From assembly GCA_964016885.1 (NCBI GenBank), contig OZ024741.1, positions 282,844,001 to 282,908,000 of the forward strand: a DNA stretch of 64,000 nucleotides, written 5' to 3'. Under the pieces are notes generated by a model. It searched no databases and was not told the origin of the DNA. It worked only from the letters and a program-made list of their open reading frames with translations. Each line of letters opens with the position of its first letter. Position 1 is the stretch's first letter. The translations under genes were made by a program, and so were the position numbers. Shown here in pieces: positions 52,259 through 64,000 of the stretch. This DNA comes from Eledone cirrhosa (taxonomy: Eukaryota).

Positions 52259-54284
52259 CTTTAGGGCCTCAACAGATGAATGTCTGGCCTAGGGTATTGA
52301 GTAACTCCATACATTATCTGATACTTTTATTAATATAAATTATGAAATACATTTAGGCTTTGTATTAATAATTTTAATACCATAAATTACAAAATGGTCA
52401 GGTCAGGCTTCTGCCTGCTACTGGTAACATGTAACTCAGTACAACCTGCTTCGTGGTCGAGCGGTCGGTGACTAAACCAGCTCCCCAACCAGACTATGGG
52501 TTGGTGAGGAGGGTAAGTGGACCCCAATAGCACAAAAAACAAAAGCTGTTAAAAGAGCGGGTGAACTCCTGAGAGTAGACAGCCATCCACTCCAACTATG
52601 GGTTAAATAGCCTCACTAAATCACAATTGGCCAAATGTATTGAGTACGGCTACACCCCTGACATGACCAAATAGAAGTAGTGGTGGACCAAATAGAAGTA
52701 GTGGTGGAGTTCCTCCAACGGGTGCGAGAAGACTCTGGATTGGATTGGACTGGAAATGATGAAATGCACAATACAAAACATTCTAATATATGACAATATA
52801 TAGGGTGGTGGGTTGACAGAATTGGTGACACGTCGGATAAAATGCCATTGCAGTATTTGTTCTGGTTTTTTACGGTGTGAATTGAACATTTTACGCATAG
52901 AAGAGCTCATCCTCTTACCAGGTCTAAACACAGCTGATTACTTCCAGAGAGGGAAAACAAATGAGTGAGAGGAAGTGAGTACTGGACTGTTAGTTTTTTG
53001 GGGGGTGGAGTGGGAGGGGGTGTTATTGAACTCAAAAGGATGAAAAGCTAAGTTAACTTCAGCTGGATTTGAACTCAGAGCGCATAGAGCTGGAATGAAC
53101 AACACAAAGCAATTTATCTGACTGTAACAATTCGCCGCCTGTAAGTGATTTTATTTACACAAATTATCAAAAGAATTACAATTTGCAGAGAGGACGAAAA
53201 GCGGGGAAAGAAAAGATCGAGTAATGACATGCACATTCAATAATAAGCCAATGGAGTTTCCCTCTAATATTTTTTTAAGTAAGCCAGCTCACTCACGGTC
53301 TTGCCATAGTTGATAGCGAGGCTTAGGCGTTGTAACAACCAGGCACCTTCGGAAATATCACCTGATATATCAATAATGTGAGCCGCCAACAATGACAAGA
53401 ACATTGTTGTCATCAGCCCAGCTTTCCTAAACGACTCAAACGCTCAAAAGATAGCTTGCCGAAAATTCCCGGTATTTTAGAATTTTATTCCGTTTCGCTA
53501 CAGGTGCAGCTATTCTCATCTTCTCCCCATCATACAGAATATAGGAAGGAGCTAAATGTAGCGTTCCTACTAAAAAACTAAAGAGGCTATCTTATGCCAA
53601 CTAATTCAATGCCTCTGTTTTTTTCTTTTCTTTTTGTGACCATAACTGTTGTGAAGAAAGGGTGAATGAATCTAGAGTGATGGTCTAAATATTTGCAAAA
53701 GAGTGGTCTTCGCCAAAGGGACCAAAGGGCCAGGTTAATGTTAAACCGAACGATGGTTTGTCTGGCGGGAGTGATATACAGCTAGATATATAGTAGAATT
53801 GAGTTCAACAATCATTATCTCTCATCTTTCATGTTTGGAATCAATATTATTGGGGAAATGTCGAATACGTTCTCATCTCACTTTTCTAAGGTGTCTTATA
53901 AAACTAGACACATCAACCTAGATATATATCAATGATGTCGCTGTATTCACACATTTTATGCACAATCTGAGTATTATCAATCAATCAGTCAGAGGTTCAG
54001 TTCCTACTCCATGACCCCCTCTTCTCTCTCTCTTCCCCTTTCTCATACATCAATAATAACTAACAAACAAATATGTGTATCTATATTTAATTAGTTATAC
54101 AATTAAAACACAACTATGAACTCGTGTCAATATCCGAATAGATATTACCTACTTATGTCACACATTCTGTGACCTTCTCAGTGATTGTTCTTGCCCCTCT
54201 CTGTCTATCTTCGTTTACGTTTTGGTTTTGTTTTATTTATTTCATCTTGTCTTTCTATAAATATAGAAATAGAAATACGGAAAA

Positions 54285-54670
54285 TCTTAAAAGGGCTGGT
54301 AGCAAACCTCAGAAATGAGAACTTCACCTATGTGTGAACTTCTCGCTACTATACAGTATCAAATGTTCCACCCTCCTCGCCTAGATTAAGGAACAGATAC
54401 TGCAATAGCTTCAAGTTTAAAGGCCCACAGCTCTTTAATATCCCATTGATAATACTAAGATATTTACACGAAGTAGATATAAAGGCTTTCAAAAAGCAAC
54501 GGGACATTTTACTAAGATCCCAGATGAACCTAAATCACAAATGAGGGCAGCCCTTTAGATTTCTTCATTCATCAAAAGTCAACCAGAGAAGAAGAACTAT
54601 GGATAGTATAACAAGAATGATGGCATTGCCCCAGCATGGTCACAGCCCACAAGCTGAAACAGGCAAAAAA
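54285..54670 (+). pseudogene. CR1/L2-group LINE 3' fragment
   Basis: RYCNSFKFKGPQLFNI...FKKQ.D...IPDEP, followed by a 3' tail. Confidence 0.55.
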
Positions 54671-55018
54671 TTAATACATACATACGTACACACACACACA
54701 CGTACACACATATATATATATATACTATAAAGTATGTCCATAGAATCATTTGATAATATATATACACCATTTCCTCTCCCAATTAGCATAATCAACCACA
54801 CAAAAAACCAATTAAACCAGGCTATAAGATTAAAAGGCACCTATGAAGAAATAGTAGATAAATAAACGACAGCAATCTATTCGCGATCAACCGCTATAGA
54901 ATATTTACCCAACATTTCAATAGCACGTGGAAATCGATTAAATATACCGTCAACCATACACAATTAGGTATAAAATTAAAGTTAGAAGAAAAAATGCATA
55001 TATACATACCAGGATTAC

Positions 55019-55099
55019 GTTTCTACCCTTAGGGTTTCGTTCGCTTTCGGAAATATCCTATCAAGGATAAATTCTCGAGCTTCGAACTCATCAGGAAAC
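55019..55099 (-). ncRNA. Intact type I hammerhead ribozyme
   Basis: Minus strand: GTTTC-CTGATGA-GTTCG...CGAAC-GAAAC-CCTAAGG-GTA-GAAAC; all core nucleotides and three helices present. Confidence 0.88.
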
Positions 55100-56234
55100 A
55101 AACTCACTTGGACAAAGATATTTCTTAAATGATCCCCGCCAGAAACGAATTCAATATATATATATATATATATACAGGATAACAGGTTATCGTTATAGGC
55201 AGTCCACTTAGATGTAGTCCAGTTGGAGTAGTTCGTGTAGTGGATAGTATTAACGTGTGGCTTAGTTTGACTCAACAAGACATTTCCATAGTGATGCTGC
55301 GAGTTCGCGGTGATTTCTATGTAGTTTATACTTGGAACAGCCCACTACAGAACTATAATCTTCTATAAATACCTTATAGCCTCTCTAATTCTATTCCACT
55401 GGGATGTGTCAGTAATGTCTACAAATATCTTATCAGCCCATAAATCAATCCCACCTTCGCTGTTATTCACTCCTTCGGACCAAACAATTATATCTCACAT
55501 TAGCACTCATGATCTCTAACAGATGAACCTAATTCTAAGTACATTATCTTATTACTCCTACACTCCTTGAAATCTTACTTTCCCCTTATTATTCTTATTA
55601 TTATTATGAACATCTCAATGTATCCCTATTATGCATCACGTTCTCTATATCTACCATGCACATTTTACTATTTTATTACCTTTATTGTTTCTATTATTGT
55701 TGTTATTACTGTCTTATTTATACACGATTTGCTATTGATGTTGTGAAAACTAAACCCCCATGATTCGAACTAACAATCCCTACCTTTAGTATAGGCCACT
55801 TAAATAACGAATCTACAACTCCATTTAACATCACATAAAAATTATCATCCTCACTAAATTAATAAAACGAAAATGTTTATCTGTCAAATAATAAGTAAAT
55901 CTCCGGTTTATTGCCAGAATACCTACAGCATAGTAGATACCTCATAAATTCTGTCTGCAAGTACGTTTTAGTGGTTAATGTTATCTCGTCGCCACCTCAA
56001 CACTATATCTAATGTACTCTGTAGCAGTTTTCACATGTCAATTCCATACATCTGTATCATATCAGTCTGTTTAACATGCTAGATTCTTCATTATATTCTA
56101 TCTCTTACTTATATTGATGTTAATATTTTAACTATTTGCTATCTAGTTATTTTACTTTATTATTGATATTATTGTTCTGGTTTAATACCACACCTATATA
56201 AAAGCCATGCCTTGTGTATCTTCTTCATTTCGCG

Positions 56235-56344
56235 TGCTCTGATGAAAACGACTGGTTATAAACAAAGTATTGGAGATCGATTGGCGCATAATCAGGCGGA
56301 TAGCGAACTCTAGACCTACCAGATCAAAGAAACAATTGTCAGCA
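56235..56344 (+). ncRNA. Type I hammerhead motif with 83-nt stem II
   Basis: TGCT-CTGATGA-...CTGGT...ACCAG...-GAAAC-AATT-GTC-AGCA, followed by AATAAA at 56350. Confidence 0.75.
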
Positions 56345-56395
56345 ATGTGAATAAAGCCCTTATTGTATAGCGAACCATGTCACTCTTCTTTCTTG

Positions 56396-59221
<2,826 letters not shown>

Positions 59222-59384
59222 TATATATATCATAAAGAGTTTCAACAGCTAGTTCCACTAATTGCTGAAACGGCAAGACCTCAGCCGTCGGGGTCCCGAC
59301 TCTTAATGATATAACTATACTCTACTACTCCAAGTATCAAGTGCTCAAATTTATTATTATTACTATATATATATATATCTCCGT

Positions 59385-59560
59385 GAAGGCGCATGGCTTA
59401 GTGGTTAGAGCATTGGGCTTGCAATCGAGAGTTTGTGAGTTCAATTCTCGAACCGGGTGATGTGTTGTTTCCTTGAGCAAGACACTTTATTTCACGTTGC
59501 TCCAGTTTACTCAGCTGTAGAAATGAGTACCAGCCTGCTCGCCCAGCCAGTGGGATGGCG
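59385..59560 (+). mobile_element. tRNA-derived SINE with CORE-like body (family C)
   Basis: TGGCTTAGTGG A box, GAGTTCAATTC B box, TCCTTGAGCAAGACACTT, CTCAGCTGTAGAAATGAGTACC. Confidence 0.8.
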
Positions 59561-59949
59561 TTATCTTATGGCTAAAACGCCGATTGGCGCCCGACAGACT
59601 GGTCGGTCAAGGTGATCAAGGTGATATATCTCCGAGACCCCCCAGTAGGCAACTGATGAGGACCCCCTCCCCCCACCCCGTTCTTGCTTTCTTCTTATTC
59701 TCACTCCATTTTAAGCTATATATATATATAGAGAGAGAGAGAGTGCAAGTGAAAGTCTAGCTCTGCACATCGTTTTAAATTTTCGTATGGTACCTGCAAA
59801 AACGATAATTGATAACACTGTAACTCTATATAGAATTCTCTACAAAATAAGACGAACAACTATATATATATATATATATATATAGTGGTAGAACACTGGA
59901 AGGTAATATCCGTAGTGGTAGAGCACTCAGTCCATGGGACGAGTTAGGT

Positions 59950-60079
59950 AGAAGTGGTTATACAAGAGTTAGTTCACCATACCGAAAACAATTGTTTCAC
60001 CTTGGCGGATCCTCAGCTGAGGATCCGCTAAGGTGAAACAATTGTTCTCGGTATGGTGAACTGTTGTGTAACCACTTCT
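59950..60079. repeat. Palindrome of two head-to-head hammerhead cores
   Basis: Centre CAG|CTG at 60016/60017; each arm reads CTGAGGA-TCCGCYAAGGT-GAAAC-AATT-GTT outward. Confidence 0.85.
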
Positions 60080-60086
60080 CTCTCTC

Positions 60087-60121
<35 letters not shown>

Positions 60122-60544
60122 ATCAGGGACAGTGGAACTGGGGGAGGGGTGGTGGTAGGGAGACACCCCCACCCAATAAATATATTTCTCTCCCCAAACT
60201 ACCAAAACAACTATTTGTATATGCACTACAATTTATGCATATGTAGATATAGAGAGGGGTATTGGAAGAAAGTTCCGTGTAGTAGATATACAGAGTGTGT
60301 GTGTGTGTGTGTGGGGGGGGGGGTTAATTGGTATAGAGAAGGGGTTTGGAAGAGAGTTCCGTGTAGTAGATATAGAGAGGGTGAGAGTTTGTTGTTAATT
60401 TATAGAGAGGGAGGAGGGAGGAGAATGTTGTATGGTTGATATAGAGAGGGTGGTTGTGAGAGTTGTATAGTTGATATATATATATAGAGAGAGTGTCGTG
60501 TAGTAGATATAGAGGTTGGGGGGTTTGGTGCTAATTGATATATA

Positions 60545-63500
60545 TTTCTATTTATTTGCCACCAGGGCATCAAAGATTGGAACAAATACAAAGGAGGGAG
60601 TTTAAATACACTTAAAAAGACGTGTAAAAAACATATAACAAATTAAATTTAACAATCGATGTCCTCAATAGGGAGGGGCGTTGACATGGGTCGCACAAAC
60701 CCCCGAAAAAATGTGCAACCCTCCTCTTCGGGAGCACAAAGAGCGGGTGCTTCCTTCCTCTTCTCATTCTTCTCCTCTCTCACCTACAGGCTGATATAGA
60801 GAGAAGGCCCATTCACTCGGGCCATTCTCGCTACTTTCACCCATCTTTCATAAAACTTGCTGGGGTAGAGCACCTCTCTCTCCATTCTGATCCTTCTTCT
60901 AAAGTGGTACTTGAAAAAAAAGACCAGTTGTTGGCCGGAGAGATAGGTGTCTGACCTCAGCCCTTTCAACCTTGTCCACCATACAACTTCTTTCGCCATG
61001 GCTATCACACAGAGGAAAACCACCTCTCCTTCGTTTTTGAAAGGGGGAGGCGGTTTAATTGTGACAATGTTCTCGGTGGTCAACCGGATTGGTCCCACCC
61101 GCGACAGTAGTCGTTCTACATAGCCCCACAGGTCAGCAACGCCCGGGCAGTGTACGAATGCGTGTGCGACGGTTTCCTCGTCACGCACGCATCTTGGACA
61201 GATGTTCTTCGAGGGGTCCCTACCCGGGCGCCCGTGTCTGTAGAGCTTGTCCCGAACGGGTAGAGCTCCTCGGTAACATTGCCAAGCCAGGGACTCTTGG
61301 AAGTTGTCCATCGGTCCCGGGCCAAACGTCCTACCGAACAGACTGGCCAGCTCGTCTTCCTCCATGCCCAGAGCCTCTCCGAGAGCGTCGTCGCACTTAC
61401 TGCGCACCAACCCTCTATAGAATGTTGAGGTTGAGTCTCCACTGATTGCCGGATCCGCTTGCCAGAGGGCCGTGAGCGCCTGGGCACATTCAATGTGCCA
61501 GTCGCCCACTTTTCTCGGTCTTTGCTTGACCCAGGATTGCAGCTCGGTGAGTGAGACGAGTCTCAGAAAGGCTCGCCTCACAAACAGGGCCCACACCGGC
61601 TGACCGGTGAGGAATACCTGGAGGTGCCGTAGCCTTAATGCGTGTCTACGCATCGTCAGCCACGGCATCCCCAGCCCTCCGTTCGAAGGGTGTTGACAGC
61701 AGATGGATCTTCTCACCAAAGGAGCCCGTTTCTTCCAAAGAAATCGGAAGAGCGCGCGCTCCATTTTGGCGAGTGTTTTCTCTGGGCAAGGCACGACGGT
61801 CAAGCGGTAGTAGATGACGGACGCTATATAAGCGTTCGCCACCTCCGCTCGACCTTTCAGGGATAGTTTTCACTCGGCCCACTTCTGGGCGAGTGCAAAC
61901 ACCTTGCCCGTTACCTCGACCCAGTTTTTCTCCACCTGGAGGTCCGGTCCGAACCAGACCCCGAGCAGCTTCACCGGTCCCTCCGTCCAGCGTCAGACGA
62001 TGCCGTCGGAGGGCATCGTTTTGCCCCTCCACGTCCCGAGTTGCAAACCGACGGACTTGTCCCGGTTCAGCTTGGCTCCTGTGAACCTTTCATATTCCTC
62101 CAGTAAGGTGCCGATCTGCCCGATTTCCGAGGCGCACGACACCATTACTGTCACGTCATCGGCGTAGGCCGACACCGCTTTCCGCAATCCCGGTTCCAAG
62201 GGGATGCCCTGCAACAGCTCCAGCTTCCTCAGTAATGGCTCGAGAGCCAGCACATACAGGAGGGAGGAGAGAGGGCATCCCTGTCGAATGGATCGCGTGA
62301 TTTGGAACGGCTCCGAGAGGTAGCCGTTCACCTTGACCCTCGAGCAGGTGTTGCTGCTGTGCATTGCAGCAATCCAGCCCCTGAAAACGGGTCCGAAGCC
62401 TGCCGCCGCGAGCACCGCATCCAGGTACCGATGGTCAACCCTATCGAACGCTTTAGATTGATCCAAGTTGATCAGGGCCCCACTAAAGCCGGGTTCGTTC
62501 CCTACCCTCTCTACGATGTATCGCATGAGGTGGAGGTTGTCGTGTATGGACCTGGACGGGATTGCGCATGTCTGCGCTTCTCCCACCAGGTTCCCGACGA
62601 CAAGCGCCAACCTCTTCGCTAACACCTTGGCCAAAATCTTTAACTCTGTGTTTAGCAGAGTTATGGGCCTGAAGTTATCTATGTCATCCCCCTTGTTCTC
62701 GTCCTTCCTCACCAGCGTGACTACACCCTTGGTCACAGAACTGGGAATTCTCCCGTTCTGTTGCCAGTTGCAGTAGACCGCCTCGAGGAGACCGGAGAAC
62801 AAGCCCGGCATCGCTACATAAAGTTCGTATGGTAGACCATCGAGACCCGGAGATTTGCGTTTGCCGCATTGGCTCAGCGCTTCCCCTATTTCAGCGGCTG
62901 AAATCGGCCTCTCGCAGGACTTCGCCTTCCCGTCCGAGAGCCACGCCAGACCGTCGAGGTATGGACCGAAATCCATGGCCCCACCCGGCCCGCCGCCTCT
63001 CCCGAACAGTCGTGCAAAGCGCCGTTGAAAGGCCGCGCTCATCCGCTCAGGTTCAAGGATCACGCGTCCATCCTGGTCCTTCAAAGACCTAATCGTGGAC
63101 TTGTTTCCACTTTTTGCCTCTGTCACTCGGGCACAGCTAACAGCTTTGGCTCCCTCGTTACCCAGAGCACGTATTTTACTCCTGATAACGCAGCCCTCGT
63201 GCTTCGCATCAAAGAACTGGTCTAGGACCGTTCTTGACGCCAGCACGCCGGCCACGTTGCCACTCCTAATCGCCTCTTCTACTCTATTTGTTAATTCCCT
63301 TTCAGTTCTATTCCTATCTGATGCTAATTCCCGACTAAAACCTATCGATTCTATTCTAATTTCTCTCTTGAGAGAGCCCCACCACCTGTTGTTGACAATT
63401 GCCCCCGTCAAACGCTGCTTAACTAGTGTGCTAATCCGCTTACTGTAAGCTTTGTTTGTCGGTAAAGACAAGTTTAGCTTCCAGTAACCGGGTCCCTGTC

Positions 63501-64000
63501 TATGAGTTCTATCAAGGTTGACCACTCCGGTCAACAACTTGTGATCCGAATAGTCAACCATGAACATTCGTGGACAGCTTAATATGTCCCTATCCTTATT
63601 TCTAACTAGGAACCTATCTAGGTACGACCTGGATGTTCCGCTACGATTACTCCACGTCCACCGTGGCACAGTCGGAAAATCCAGTCGATATCTATCGGCC
63701 GGATCAAATCGGCCGATTAATCGTTTGAGGCTGTTACACCCCCCTCTATCGGGACATGCCCCTACATAGTCCCAACGTGCATCCAGGATACCATTCCAGT
63801 CCCCCACTAAAAGCAAGGAGCGAGACGTTCCCAGGAAATTCTCCAGGCGTCGGAAGACGTCCGGTCGCGGTGTCCCCGATGGGGCATACGCTGCCACCAG
63901 CCTGAAAGCTCCACCTTCACCACTGCCGACGTCTAAAACCACCAGTCGACCCTCCGGGTCCAGGTGTACCTTCTGTGTGGCAAGACCCAGGTATTTTCGC
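60545..64000 (-). mobile_element. Tx1/L1-clade LINE ORF2 (APE endonuclease, RT, CCHC); continues beyond the window end
   Basis: GDWN, SYLDRFL, SDH, KSPGLDGLP, NFRPITLLN, DQSKAFDRVDH, IRQGCPLS, YADD, CPRC..H...C. One reading frame broken only by TGA at 61993-61995 and 61870-61872. Confidence 0.93.

Noticed and set aside
59385-59455. Possible tRNA gene
   Set aside because: The acceptor stem does not pair and the sequence runs into a SINE body.
59653-59690. CTGATGAGG hammerhead-like start
   Set aside because: No stem II closure or GAAA downstream.
61870-61995. Selenocysteine or readthrough at the two in-frame TGA codons of the Tx1 ORF
   Set aside because: They are more simply explained as single-base nonsense mutations (from GGA/CGA-type codons); they are not at Cys motifs and I saw no SECIS.

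Overview
Repeat-dominated, AT-rich eukaryotic (animal) genomic DNA with no host protein-coding gene that I can support. The SINE/LINE repertoire and the dense (TA)n/(CA)n/(TACA)n microsatellites suggest an invertebrate, possibly a cephalopod (inference only). Contents: decayed R4/Dong, CRE, RTE, CR1-group and Tx1 non-LTR retrotransposons; Penelope-like elements (PLEs); many tRNA-derived SINEs; Helitron-like non-autonomous elements; a hAT MITE; a Gypsy remnant; two candidate solo LTRs; a ~2.7-kb ORF-less LTR element with a perfect tRNA-Trp primer-binding site; and a SINE-adjacent minisatellite. The most notable signal is a set of at least six type I hammerhead ribozyme motifs from several unrelated sequence contexts. 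They have minimal palindromic stem III and unusually long, sometimes branched, stem II domains (~35-96 nt). There is also a head-to-head palindrome built from two hammerhead cores. Other points of interest are several long palindromes, a twin-priming-type inverted RTE, a bipartite non-autonomous RTE family and an unidentified repeat with a coding-type substitution pattern. All folds and alignments were done by eye and coordinates of decayed elements are approximate.
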